From Geopsychrobacteraceae bacterium (lineage in GTDB: Bacteria; Desulfobacterota; Desulfuromonadia; Desulfuromonadales; Geopsychrobacteraceae), in assembly GCA_963662315.1 (NCBI GenBank), contig OY759353.1:1728001-1792000 (forward strand): a stretch of 64,000 nt of DNA, read 5' to 3'. A program made the position numbers and the translations under genes. The notes beneath the pieces were generated by a model. That model worked only from the letters and a program-made list of their open reading frames with translations, was not told the DNA's origin and searched no databases. Below, one piece after another: positions 29,423 through 39,533 of the stretch. Positions within the stretch are counted from its first letter, which is position 1. Each line of letters starts with the position of its first letter.

Positions 29423-32400
29423 TTAAGCGGCGCGACTATAGAGACGGCTCAAATGGCCCTTCAAGAGCCACAGCACATCCCCGTCCTTATCTCCCTGGTA
29501 AACCATGGACGTTGCTATTTCAACAGCAAGAATGGCGTACAAGTATTTCACCGGAAGCTTTTCGATCCGCTCATGGTATTCCGGGTTGTCACTCAGCAGT
29601 GGTGGCAAGTGACTGAAAATCGCCTGTTTAAACAGCGGCTCACTGCACACATGCGGATTTTTGCGGAAATAATCAAATAATGAAGCATACTGCTGATTGA
29701 TCTCGTGACTGATATCATCAGAGATCTCCGTATAGATCTTCTGTCCTTTCGCTTCGGCGTGGCGCTCAAAGATTAACTGCACCTCATCTGCAGCCCGCTT
29801 TTCAAGAATAGAGAGAACATCGGCAACATAGGCTTGCTTGTTGGCGATAAACTCCTCTTCACTCATGACCAGGTTAGCGATAATTTCATAGGACGACGAA
29901 ATCACGCCGCACTTATTAGCCGAGGCATCACGAATGATCACAATTCCGTTCTGCTGTAGGGCAACCCGTGCATCAGGCGAGATAAAAGAGTTGGCCCCTT
30001 CAACGATGGCTTTGGCAGATGCGATGCCGTCTTTGCCGAAAAAGCCCTTCCAGTTATCCACGTCAATAGTTTCCGGACGTCCGCCACCGGGAATAAACAG
30101 ATCAGCCTTGACGGTGAAAGGCAGACCGTTGAATTCGCTGTAGAATTCATCAACAGATAGCCACTGCTCCACGACTCCTGATTCAGTGCGAATCATTTTG
30201 CGGAAAAGTTCTTTTAATCCTTCTTTCCGCCGTTGTCCGCGATAGATCAGGTAACCACCGACATGTAATTTTTCAGGATCATAAGCGTCAATATCCTGCT
30301 TGAGCAGAATTCGGGACAGCTCGTCACGGTCAGCACCCTCAGGATCAAAAAACGCTCCGGTCCCATCAAGAATCAGAGTAATGCGCACCTTGGGACAATA
30401 ATCGAGTAACAAACGCATTGCGTTTCCGGCAACATCTCCGGCAGGTCCGCCGGTCATTTTCACAAAAAACTCATCCTGGCGGAAATTGATCCCGAGCTGT
30501 TCCAGCGTCACTTCTGCACATTTAACAACACCAGCCGAAGTAACTCCGAATTCCTTGTGATTAATGCCGACTTTTTTTCCTGACATGATGCCAATTCCGA
30601 GCATGTACTTGCGCTTAACAGCTAGTGCTGCTATCGCCTCGATCATGACATCGTGCATATTTTCATCAGGACCGAGTTCAATCGCTTCTTCTTCCCCATA
30701 GTAATCGACAACTTGTTGATCTTTAATTTGCCCTCGCTCATCGCTACAGAAGATATCGAGAAAGGCGCTTGCGAATCCGTACTGTAACTTATACAGGCGC
30801 TGATTCACCAATTGAGGATCCTGAACACTCACGGCATTAAGCAGCGCCACCAGCTTTGAGCCCCCTTCATAAATGTCCTTGTTTTTCAGGTGCTGGGTAT
30901 GCGCCAGAACATAGGTTTCTTTAAACATGGTATTGGCACAGGTGACATAATCATCGCGGCCATTGGTAATCAGGGTCCGCCAACCACCCCGGGCGATATC
31001 GGAGAAACCCATATGATAACCAACGCCATATCGACCGAAGAAAAAGGTAATACGAAACGGACGATCAGCGGGTAAATCGTCGGTAAAGCAGCCGTTGAGT
31101 TCTTCAAGATAGGCAGGGTCAATGCGGAATGCCAGCGCCTGCTTGGTCAGAACATAGAAGTTGGTCTTCAGCGTGTAGCGGATAAACAGCAGACAACACA
31201 GGAAAATGTTCTTCCGATAGGCATCGACCCGCTTATGCCCGGTATTGTAATGAGCGATAAGATGAGTCAACCTGGTCAGCAGCGATTGATAAGTCGCGTC
31301 ACGATCGGCAAGATTCGGATCGAAACGGACCCTGAACAGCTCCACCAGCTGCAGACACAGATCTGGATGTGAATAAAAGGCCCGCTCAACGCCCTCAAAG
31401 TCATAACGATCACTACTGTGAGCCAGGTTGGTATGGCAAAAGGCGATGAAGGCATTCACCAATGTAGCATCTTCCCCACTCATGATGTTCTGGGTGACGA
31501 AGTCCTGATAGGCCTGTGACCGGGTCTGCAGTAACTGGGTATTAAATAGCTCCCGTTGCAATTGACTGAACTGTTCGGTCTTATTATCGGCCAAATCAGC
31601 TTCTTTTTTACGCACGTAAAAGGTGCCGAGAAAGTACGGGTGCCTGCCGTTACTGATAGTCAGGCAATATGTCCGCTTGATCCCAATACCAAGACGGTTG
31701 AAGACTTCCATGATTTGTAGCAGAAAATCACGCTGCGGTGGATTGGCGACCGCAAACATGATGCGTGTTTCAACACTATTGCCTATCCCTGCGGAGTCTT
31801 CGACGTCCAGGTGAATCCCGCCACGGACTTTACTCTGGTGGTAAAGCCAGAGGATTTGGGCGACCCGCCGGACCGGTGAATTTTCGACATAGGCCTGGTT
31901 GTTCAGCCACAGCATTTTCAGGCAACAATCATAGTCATCATAATCAAAGTCAGGATAATTTGTTTTCAGCGCCTCTAGGACACCTTCGCGAATCGCATCC
32001 GGAATCGCGACGTCACCGGCTAAACCTTCAGCGATGTCCTGGTCTTTTTTACGGTCAAATTCAAAACGCTGAATTTCAAGCATTTTATCAAGACCGGGAA
32101 CCGGTGCGTAGGACTGGGTAATATGGGCAAAGGAGATATCCCGCTCGCGCAGGGTTCGCAGAGAATCGTACAGGGTCCCCGGCTGGCTGAGGCGGGCAAG
32201 AATCAGTTTACTATCTGTATCGGCCAGAATGCGCCGCTTGTTTGTGTCTAGGCTGTGCAGGATGGTGGCCAGGATACCAATCACTTCCGGTTCTTTCTTC
32301 ATCGTAATGAAAAAATAGGGATGCATCTGTTGCTGCAACCATTCCAGGTTGTTTTTGGCAGTGGTCAGGTTATTGTCAATGCTTTTCTCAATTTCCGTCA

Positions 32401-32428
32401 TCATGAGACTTTCACTGGTGAAGCTCAT
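29423..32428 (-). CDS. Large (~1000 aa) NAD-dependent glutamate dehydrogenase
   Basis: DIARGGWR, KNKDIYEGGSK, GPDENM, GINHKEFGVTS, GGPAGDVAGN, VEGAN, DASANKCGVISSSYE. Confidence 0.88.
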   Translation of the reverse strand: MSFTSESLMMTEIEKSIDNNLTTAKNNLEWLQQQMHPYFFITMKKEPEVIGILATILHSLDTNKRRILADTDSKLILARLSQPGTLYDSLRTLRERDISFAHITQSYAPVPGLDKMLEIQRFEFDRKKDQDIAEGLAGDVAIPDAIREGVLEALKTNYPDFDYDDYDCCLKMLWLNNQAYVENSPVRRVAQILWLYHQSKVRGGIHLDVEDSAGIGNSVETRIMFAVANPPQRDFLLQIMEVFNRLGIGIKRTYCLTISNGRHPYFLGTFYVRKKEADLADNKTEQFSQLQRELFNTQLLQTRSQAYQDFVTQNIMSGEDATLVNAFIAFCHTNLAHSSDRYDFEGVERAFYSHPDLCLQLVELFRVRFDPNLADRDATYQSLLTRLTHLIAHYNTGHKRVDAYRKNIFLCCLLFIRYTLKTNFYVLTKQALAFRIDPAYLEELNGCFTDDLPADRPFRITFFFGRYGVGYHMGFSDIARGGWRTLITNGRDDYVTCANTMFKETYVLAHTQHLKNKDIYEGGSKLVALLNAVSVQDPQLVNQRLYKLQYGFASAFLDIFCSDERGQIKDQQVVDYYGEEEAIELGPDENMHDVMIEAIAALAVKRKYMLGIGIMSGKKVGINHKEFGVTSAGVVKCAEVTLEQLGINFRQDEFFVKMTGGPAGDVAGNAMRLLLDYCPKVRITLILDGTGAFFDPEGADRDELSRILLKQDIDAYDPEKLHVGGYLIYRGQRRKEGLKELFRKMIRTESGVVEQWLSVDEFYSEFNGLPFTVKADLFIPGGGRPETIDVDNWKGFFGKDGIASAKAIVEGANSFISPDARVALQQNGIVIIRDASANKCGVISSSYEIIANLVMSEEEFIANKQAYVADVLSILEKRAADEVQLIFERHAEAKGQKIYTEISDDISHEINQQYASLFDYFRKNPHVCSEPLFKQAIFSHLPPLLSDNPEYHERIEKLPVKYLYAILAVEIATSMVYQGDKDGDVLWLLKGHLSRLYSRAA

Positions 32429-32547
32429 TATTTGCTCCTTTTATATCTACTTCCTGTCATCAGGGTGTTTATAGGTAGTGAAAGGTTTGACTCCAAGCCA
32501 TGCTTCATATGTTTGACTTTTTAGAACTTGCTTTAATGTGAGTTTAG

Positions 32548-33453
32548 TCAGCCTCCAACCCGTGTCTGAATATTGAAGTGATTGAATATGGCAGTAACCC
32601 TGTCCAGGTCGATTGTCCCTGGCTCATCAAGAGCGGCTGCCGGCGTATTACCAAGACGGATATGTTTATTGGCCATAATATTATGGTAGGGCAATAAATT
32701 GACAACTTTGGATGGACCAGCAAGGGAGCTGATCATCTCGGCCGTCTGTTCAATATTTCGGTCATCATCGTTGACCCCTTTGACCAGGGGAATTCTAATA
32801 TTGATTGCGGCACCGGTTGCAGCAAGCTCTTTTAAATTATGCAAAATCAGTTCATTGCTAACCCCGGTCCACTGCCTATGTTTTTCCGCATCCACCATCT
32901 TCACATCGTACAGAAACAGTTCGGTCTGTTTGGCAACCTCAAGCAAGGTAGCGGTTTTGGCAAACCCGGAGGTATCCACAACGCGGTGGATGCCACGTTG
33001 CCCACACGCTTCGAGCAATGCCAGGGCGAACTCAGGCTGATGCAGGGGCTCGCCACCCGAAAGAGTTACACCACCATTGGATTGATCAAAAAAGACCCGC
33101 TCCTTCTCAACAATTGCGACCACCTCATCGACACCAATAGTGCGACCGGACATTTCCGTGGCAAGCGTAGGACATCCTTCGGCACATTGACCGCAGCCAT
33201 GGCATTGGTCCCGGTTGGTGGCGACACCATCGCTGGTCATGCTGCACAAGCCATAGGGACAAGCATCGACGCACCAGCCACAGCGGATACATTTCGCCGC
33301 GTTGTACATTTTTTGAATTTTGTTTGAGATAGATTCCGGGTTGTGACACCAGAAGCAGTTAAGAGGGCAGCCTTTAAAAAAGATGGTCACGCGAATGCCG
33401 GGTCCATCATTGATGGCGTATTTTTTAATATCGAAAATAAGACCTGAGTACAT
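32548..33453 (-). CDS. Glycyl-radical enzyme activating protein (radical SAM), HypD activase
   Basis: DGPGIR, KGCPLNCFWCHNPE (CxxxCxxC), two ferredoxin-like CxxCxxCxxxCP inserts, GGVTLSGGEP, LLPYH. Confidence 0.95.
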   Translation of the reverse strand: MYSGLIFDIKKYAINDGPGIRVTIFFKGCPLNCFWCHNPESISNKIQKMYNAAKCIRCGWCVDACPYGLCSMTSDGVATNRDQCHGCGQCAEGCPTLATEMSGRTIGVDEVVAIVEKERVFFDQSNGGVTLSGGEPLHQPEFALALLEACGQRGIHRVVDTSGFAKTATLLEVAKQTELFLYDVKMVDAEKHRQWTGVSNELILHNLKELAATGAAINIRIPLVKGVNDDDRNIEQTAEMISSLAGPSKVVNLLPYHNIMANKHIRLGNTPAAALDEPGTIDLDRVTAIFNHFNIQTRVGG

Positions 33454-33485
33454 TGTCTATCCACAATTTCTGAATGTTATTGAGA

Positions 33486-33515
33486 AACGGGGCAGAGGTC
33501 ATCCCCTGCCCCGTT
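33486..33515 (-). terminator. Hairpin between hypD and its activase
   Basis: aacggggcag / ctgccccgtt stem immediately after the hypD stop. Confidence 0.6.
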
Positions 33516-33520
33516 GCGCC

Positions 33521-35983
33521 TTAGAAGGCTTCGTTTTCGGTTCTCTCAATAATTTCCTGCTGCAGATCGTTATTCATGTCGTTGAAATAGTCACTGTAAC
33601 CCGCCATACGCACCAGCAAGTCTTTATAATCCTCAGGATTATCCTGAGCGGCCAATAAGGTCGCAGTATCGACAATATTGAACTGAATGTGGTGACCGCC
33701 CATATTGAAGTAGGAGCGTACCAACTGCCCCAGTTTCTGAATGTCTTCATCCCGTTTGAGTAGACTGGGCAAAAAGCGTTGATTAAGAAGCGTTCCGCCG
33801 GATTTAGTCTGGTCAAGCTTGCCGACCGACTTGACCACAGCAGACGGCCCATTGGTGTCAGCACCATGAGATGGAGATGTGCCATCAGATATTGATTTGC
33901 CGGACAACCGACCGTTCGGAGTGGCTCCTAGGACTTTGCCAAAGTAGATATGGCAGGTGGTTGACAGCATATTGAGATGATACTTGCCTCCCTTTTTGAT
34001 GTTTGGCTTACCATCGATGGTATTGACCAGGTCATCATAGATCCGCACCGCAAGGGTATCGGCATAATCGTCATCATTGCCGAAGAAGGGGGTCTTGTTC
34101 ATGATCGTCTGGCGCATGAACTCATCCCCTTCGAAGTTCTTGGCAACGGCCATAAGCAGATGTTCCATGCTGAAGCGTTGGTCTTCAAATACATGCTTTT
34201 TAATGGTGGTCATACTGTCGGTCACGGTGCCAAGCCCGCAACACTGGATATAGCTGGTGTTGTAGCGAGGGCCGCCATCGTAGTAATCGCGCCCCTTGGC
34301 AATGCAATCGTCAATGACAACCGACAAAAACGGAGCCGGGGCATATTTGGCGAACATGCGGTCGATATAGTTGCTAACGCGCATCTTCTGATCGACCACG
34401 AATTCCACCTGCTTCATAAACGCAGCATAGAGTTCCTCAAAACTTTTAAAGGTGCGAGGGTCGCCGGTCTCGATACCGCATTTTTTACCCGTCAGCGGGT
34501 CGATACCGTTGTTGAGCGTCACCTCTAACACTTTGGGAACATTGAGATAACCGGTCAACAGGTAGGCCTCCTTACCGAAGGCGCCCACTTCAATACAGCC
34601 GCTGCAGCCACCTTCACGGGCATCTTCAATGGATTTCCCCTGGCGCATCAGCTCCATGACATAGGTATCGGGATTGAACACAGAGGGATAACCATGCCCC
34701 TGGCGAATGACCTTCGCTGCCGCATGCAAAAATTTATCCGGGGTATTGCGGGCAACGTGAACAGAACTGCCCGGCTGCAGAATATGCAGCTCTTCGATCA
34801 CCTCAAGCATGATATATGAGACAGCATTGGTCCCATCTGAGCCATCACGCTTGACCCCACCGATATTGATATTGGTAAAGTCATTGTACGTACCGCTCTC
34901 GCGGGCGGTAACACCAACTTTAGGCGGTGCTGGATGGTTATTGACCTTAATCCAGAAACAGCAGAGCAGTTCCTTCGCTTGCTCTCTGCTCAAAGTGCCT
35001 TCGGCGATCTCTTTTTCATAGAATGGTGCCAGGTGTTGGTCAAAGTGCCCAGGGTTCATGGCGTCCCAGCCATTGAGTTCGGTGATTGTCCCCAAATGGA
35101 CAAACCAGTACATCTGGATTGCTTCCCAGAAATTGCGGGGTTTATGGGCCGGAACGTGGCGACAGACCTCGGCAATTTTCTTCAGCTCTGCAACACGCTG
35201 CGGGTTCGTCTCTTTTGCGGCCAGCTGTTCAGCCAGTTCGGCATGACGCTCGGCGAAAACAATCACGGCATCGCAAGAAATCATCATAGCCTTCCACTGC
35301 TCTACCTTATCAGTCGCTTCCGGATCATGAAGGTAGTCAACATTGGCAATCAGCTCTTCAATCTGTTGTTTAAGATCAAGCATGCCATACTTGTAAATCT
35401 TCCCGTCAAGTGCAGTATGCCCGGGAGCACGCTGCTCCATGAACTCCGTAAACATGCCCGCTTCATAAGCGGCCTTCCACTCCTCAGGAACATGAGAAAA
35501 AATACGTTCCCTCTGCGTCCGCCCCGCCCAGAACGGAATCACTTCCCGCTCATAAGTGTCGATATCTTCCTGAGTCGTAATATAGCGCTGCATCTCCCGC
35601 GTATTGAGAGTGTGCAAATCTTCGACGCTATGGCAGGTCAGTTCCGGAAAGGTCGGAATCGCCTTTGGCTTGGGGCCACGCTCACCGACAATCAGTTCAT
35701 CGTCGCCCAAATAGAGGACCTTGCGTTGACAATGATCCAGAAACGTCATAGCGCGCAAAACTGGCACCGACAACTTTGTATGGTTGTTCTTATAATATTC
35801 CGTCTGATGCAGAGCGCGCTCGATAGAAATCGTTGGTTCCGTTTCAACACTCAATTTTCTCAGGCGCTGAATTCGTGGATTCATCCCCGGACCGATTTCT
35901 CCGCTTTTAGCGCTGTAGAAATTTCCTTCGGCGACGGCTGATCTTTCAGGTTTTTCATTATGAGTTTTTACCTGCTCAAACAT
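33521..35983 (-). CDS. hypD: Glycyl radical enzyme, trans-4-hydroxy-L-proline dehydratase
   Basis: HypD-type motifs FTEFMEQRAPGH, ELNGWDA, PAPPKVG..RESGTYNDF, SGCIE (Cys/Glu), EAYLLTGY, STTCHIYFG and glycyl loop LVRMAGYS; AGGAG RBS before ATG 35983. Confidence 0.92.
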   Translation of the reverse strand: MFEQVKTHNEKPERSAVAEGNFYSAKSGEIGPGMNPRIQRLRKLSVETEPTISIERALHQTEYYKNNHTKLSVPVLRAMTFLDHCQRKVLYLGDDELIVGERGPKPKAIPTFPELTCHSVEDLHTLNTREMQRYITTQEDIDTYEREVIPFWAGRTQRERIFSHVPEEWKAAYEAGMFTEFMEQRAPGHTALDGKIYKYGMLDLKQQIEELIANVDYLHDPEATDKVEQWKAMMISCDAVIVFAERHAELAEQLAAKETNPQRVAELKKIAEVCRHVPAHKPRNFWEAIQMYWFVHLGTITELNGWDAMNPGHFDQHLAPFYEKEIAEGTLSREQAKELLCCFWIKVNNHPAPPKVGVTARESGTYNDFTNINIGGVKRDGSDGTNAVSYIMLEVIEELHILQPGSSVHVARNTPDKFLHAAAKVIRQGHGYPSVFNPDTYVMELMRQGKSIEDAREGGCSGCIEVGAFGKEAYLLTGYLNVPKVLEVTLNNGIDPLTGKKCGIETGDPRTFKSFEELYAAFMKQVEFVVDQKMRVSNYIDRMFAKYAPAPFLSVVIDDCIAKGRDYYDGGPRYNTSYIQCCGLGTVTDSMTTIKKHVFEDQRFSMEHLLMAVAKNFEGDEFMRQTIMNKTPFFGNDDDYADTLAVRIYDDLVNTIDGKPNIKKGGKYHLNMLSTTCHIYFGKVLGATPNGRLSGKSISDGTSPSHGADTNGPSAVVKSVGKLDQTKSGGTLLNQRFLPSLLKRDEDIQKLGQLVRSYFNMGGHHIQFNIVDTATLLAAQDNPEDYKDLLVRMAGYSDYFNDMNNDLQQEIIERTENEAF

Positions 35984-36198
35984 ATTCTTTCTCCTGCACA
36001 AGCACTTTATTTTCACCCGTTCTAAAAATGCTCTGTATAAAAAACATTACACAACACGTTGAATAAACCAATAGCCTGATTCAAGCTTGTCAGGTTACTG
36101 GTAGAGCACGGAGCAACCATAAAGCCGTCTATAGTGCCAACAGATAGAGCAGATGATTATGTACGTTTTCACGTGTTCTCCTCCGTTCCAAAGCTTAC

Positions 36199-37503
36199 CT
36201 AGAACGTAACGCCAAGAAAAAAATGGGGAAGAAACAGAGATAAATCGGACCAATAGGTTGTCATCAGCAACGTCGGCAGCCAGGCAAATAAAATCATGTA
36301 AAATGTCGGCGTTAACATCAAATTGACCTTGCACCCTGATACCCGCGAGCCAAGGTAGAGCATAGGAGCAGTGGGCGGCGTAACAAGTCCCATTCCCAGA
36401 TTCACACCGAGAATTGCGGCAAATTGCACAGGATGGACACCTAGATGAGTCACGACAGGCAATAACACTGGCGTGCAAAGAAGGGTACCACTGGTGTCGT
36501 CCATGAGCATTCCGATCAGGATCATGAAAACATTGACCATCAACAGCATGACAACTCTGTCATCAGATACAGACTGAAGAAAGGCAAGAATGCTGTTGGG
36601 AAGATCTTCCATGACATAGATGCGACTTAAAATCATGACAACAAAAAGCATACACATAACAACGCCCGAGGTGACAGACGTCTCGATCAGTGTCTTTTTG
36701 AAGTTTTCCTTATTCAAACCTTTATAAATCCAGAAGCCGACGGGTATCGAATAGAGTACGGCAACTCCTGAGGCCTCCGTCGGAGTCATAACTCCTGAGT
36801 AGATTCCCCCCAGGACGATAACCGGCATCAACAGTGCGGCGCTCGCTCCACCTAAACGACTTCCAACCTGACGGACTTTTTCTGTAACGGGAACAGGTTC
36901 GGAGACAACGATCTCCTTGTTATTGCGGAGCAAAAATGCGTTAACAGCGCAAAGCAATACTGTCAGTAGAATTCCTGGTCCGACTGTCGCCAAAAAGCAG
37001 CTCAAAACAGATTGGTACGAAATCCATGCATAAATAATCTGGATACAGCTCGGCGGGATAAGCAATCCAAGCGGAGACGCATTGACAAGAAGGGCCGCAG
37101 ACAATCCTCTCGGATATTTGGACTTGTCCATTTCCGGCAGCATGACCGACCCGATGCAGGAAAGCGTTGCTGCGGCAGCTCCAGAAATCGAACCGAAAAT
37201 ACCACTGGCAATAACGGCTACGGTACCAATCCCGCTCTTACGGTCGCCGACCAGAATTTTAACCAGATTTACTAATGGTTGAGCAATTTTGCCCTTCTCC
37301 ATCAGGCCACCAGCCATAATGAACAAAGGAACAGCAAGCAATGCAACCGTATTCATCTTACTGTAGCCAACAGGTAACAAAGAGGTAATGTTATAGTCCC
37401 CTGTCACCACCATCCACAGGACCGATCCCGTAAAGCAAAAAGGAACCGGGATCCCAATCAACAAGGTCACGATTAATATTCCGATTGATATTAGTACATC
37501 CAT
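36199..37503 (-). CDS. dctM: TRAP large permease #2
   Basis: LLAVPLF, GSISGAAAA, LIPPS, TPTEAS, VTPPTA. Confidence 0.95.
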   Translation of the reverse strand: MDVLISIGILIVTLLIGIPVPFCFTGSVLWMVVTGDYNITSLLPVGYSKMNTVALLAVPLFIMAGGLMEKGKIAQPLVNLVKILVGDRKSGIGTVAVIASGIFGSISGAAAATLSCIGSVMLPEMDKSKYPRGLSAALLVNASPLGLLIPPSCIQIIYAWISYQSVLSCFLATVGPGILLTVLLCAVNAFLLRNNKEIVVSEPVPVTEKVRQVGSRLGGASAALLMPVIVLGGIYSGVMTPTEASGVAVLYSIPVGFWIYKGLNKENFKKTLIETSVTSGVVMCMLFVVMILSRIYVMEDLPNSILAFLQSVSDDRVVMLLMVNVFMILIGMLMDDTSGTLLCTPVLLPVVTHLGVHPVQFAAILGVNLGMGLVTPPTAPMLYLGSRVSGCKVNLMLTPTFYMILFAWLPTLLMTTYWSDLSLFLPHFFLGVTF

Positions 37504-37505
37504 TG

Positions 37506-38045
37506 TCAGTCCCCTTGAAGTGCTGCGTCTTTGTATTTTCCGCTGATTAACAGCATCAGCTCTTTAACAAAATGAATAAGAGCGTAGAAAGCCATCAACA
37601 CAAAACCGATGAAAATTGCGCCCTGTGGAACTGCAATTGGAATACCCCAGCCCATGGTGTGCCCCATGAATTTGAACTGCCAGGAAATGAGGGACCAGGC
37701 CCAGACGCTTATGGTAATGGTTAAAAACAGTTCCAGCCCTCTGGCGATGAGGCCAATTACAGCCGCAGCCTTAGGGTGGTTGGTGGACAGAGAAATTTGA
37801 ATAATATCGGCTTTTATATGACTATCTTCATAGCTGCCATAGGCAGCCCCGATAAAGTAAAGCCAAAAAGCAGCGATCATGACCAATTCATCGTAAGCAA
37901 ACAGGTCTTTATGTAGAACATAACGCATAAAAACTGCGGCACAGATAATCCCAACAACAGTAAGGCTTGTTAAAATCAGAATGAATCTTTGTACCTTAAG
38001 CAGTAGCTCATACATAAGTGCCAATGGACCATTTGTCTGAGACAA
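37506..38045 (-). CDS. dctQ: TRAP small permease #2
   Basis: VFMRYV, HIKAD, 4 TM segments; TTG 38045 follows GGAGG RBS. Confidence 0.88.
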   Translation of the reverse strand: MSQTNGPLALMYELLLKVQRFILILTSLTVVGIICAAVFMRYVLHKDLFAYDELVMIAAFWLYFIGAAYGSYEDSHIKADIIQISLSTNHPKAAAVIGLIARGLELFLTITISVWAWSLISWQFKFMGHTMGWGIPIAVPQGAIFIGFVLMAFYALIHFVKELMLLISGKYKDAALQGD

Positions 38046-38133
38046 GACATCCTCCCAAATACAAGTAATAATTCCAAAGCTCTTTGTTTCTTGCGCAGGC
38101 AAGGCAATAAAATCTTTTCGTTGAGATGCACAC

Positions 38134-38172
38134 AAAAAGGGGGTAACGGTTTTATCCAACCGTTCCCCCCTT
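38134..38172 (-). terminator. Hairpin after dctP#2
   Basis: aagggggtaacggtt / aaccgttccccccttg with A-run. Confidence 0.6.
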
Positions 38173-38176
38173 GCGC

Positions 38177-39172
38177 TTAAATCTCGCCGAGATCCTTACG
38201 GATGCCATCAAAGATTTCTTGTCCGTACAACTGATATAATTGAGGCCAAACATTGGCGTGGATGCTGTCAGACAGTGTTTTTGCCTGCTCAGGGGTGGGA
38301 CGGATGATTTTCAGGCCAGCTTCAGCCATCTTGTTAAGATAGAACTCATCTTGCTTTTCAGCAGCAGCAAAACTTTTTTCAGCGGTCGCTTTAAAAATAT
38401 CCCGAACGATCGGGCCATCAGTTCCTAAGCTGGCAAAAACATCTTTGCCCATAATAAAGGCATTACACTCGACAAAGTTATTGTAGGCGACATAGTAATT
38501 TTCAACGTCCCTGAAGGTCAGATAATTTACATCTGGAGTACCGCCGATCCATCCGTCGACAACACCTGTCTGCATAGCGCTGTAGATATCAGCCCAGTTA
38601 ACGGTCGTCGTTCTGTAGTTAATGGATTTTGCCGTTAACTGATAAACTTTCATCGGAGGAACCCGCAGCAGAATCCCCTTGGAACTGTCTGGGCTAAAGG
38701 GATCTTGTGGCTCTTTCTTACTGCCAACCCCGATCAGACCGATGACATTGAACCCAAAGAATTCAATATTCTTTTCTGACAGGATTTGTTTGAACGTTTG
38801 ACTGAAATTTGAGTTGTATGAAAACACCTTAGGAATATCGGAATAGTTTTTAACGATATATGGGATGCTGTGGGCCTCAAGACGAATATCGTATTCACTG
38901 GGCAGATTGACCTGTCCCATATCAACAGATCCACGCATGACGTCTTGAAAGAGAAGCGTATAATCCCCTAACTGATCGGCAGGAAAAACTTTAACCTTAA
39001 TCCGCCCTTCAGTTTGTTTTTCAACCTCGGCGGCAGCCTGGCGAATTAATTTTGTTGAAGGGTGATCTTCCGGGTAGTGTCCAGCAAAGTTAAGCGTTCG
39101 TGCACCTGCAACAGAGGCAACAAAACCCGACAACACAAGCAGCACAATCATAATCTGAGCAATCCGTCTCAT
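38177..39172 (-). CDS. dctP: TRAP substrate-binding protein #2 (candidate hydroxyproline binder)
   Basis: Signal peptide, FPADQLG, LLRVP (conserved Arg), YSAMQTGVVDG. Confidence 0.93.
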   Translation of the reverse strand: MRRIAQIMIVLLVLSGFVASVAGARTLNFAGHYPEDHPSTKLIRQAAAEVEKQTEGRIKVKVFPADQLGDYTLLFQDVMRGSVDMGQVNLPSEYDIRLEAHSIPYIVKNYSDIPKVFSYNSNFSQTFKQILSEKNIEFFGFNVIGLIGVGSKKEPQDPFSPDSSKGILLRVPPMKVYQLTAKSINYRTTTVNWADIYSAMQTGVVDGWIGGTPDVNYLTFRDVENYYVAYNNFVECNAFIMGKDVFASLGTDGPIVRDIFKATAEKSFAAAEKQDEFYLNKMAEAGLKIIRPTPEQAKTLSDSIHANVWPQLYQLYGQEIFDGIRKDLGEI

Positions 39173-39355
39173 TTTACTCTCCTCACCAGTTAGATAGTTA
39201 CATTCCGTTGTATGACTGCAGATCAGCACTGATCACGACAGCCACCCCCCATGCTTCTTTGGTTATTATGTATGATTCGCTAAACGCCTTTGTCTAACCC
39301 CCCATATTCGAATATAGCGAGTCTATACCCTACAGACCGAACGATGTCAAATGAT

Positions 39356-39376
39356 TTCAGTCTTCTGATGAGTCAA
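39356..39376. promoter_or_regulatory. Putative GntR/FadR operator upstream of dctP#2
   Basis: TTCAGTCTTCTGATGAGTCAA, next to a minus-strand TTGACA (39345-39350); near copy of the 39562 site. Confidence 0.6.
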
Positions 39377-39533
39377 CAACGACAGAACCTATAAAACAAA
39401 CAAGCCCGCCACGAAAGACATTCGCCAGGCAAAAGGAACAAGAAAAACACTTACCATTACGTGTACTTAGAATTATAAATAAGCACACCTCAAACATAAA
39501 AACTATCAACACGATGATCTACCAGACAAATGC

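Noticed and set aside
34934..35941. 335-aa antisense ORF over hypD
   Set aside because: Shadow ORF with no domain signature, entirely inside hypD.
33521..35983. Alternative call as pyruvate formate-lyase, choline TMA-lyase or diol dehydratase
   Set aside because: Single-Cys GCIE motif (not the PFL Cys-Cys pair), HypD-specific motifs and neighbouring P5C dehydrogenase; no microcompartment genes.
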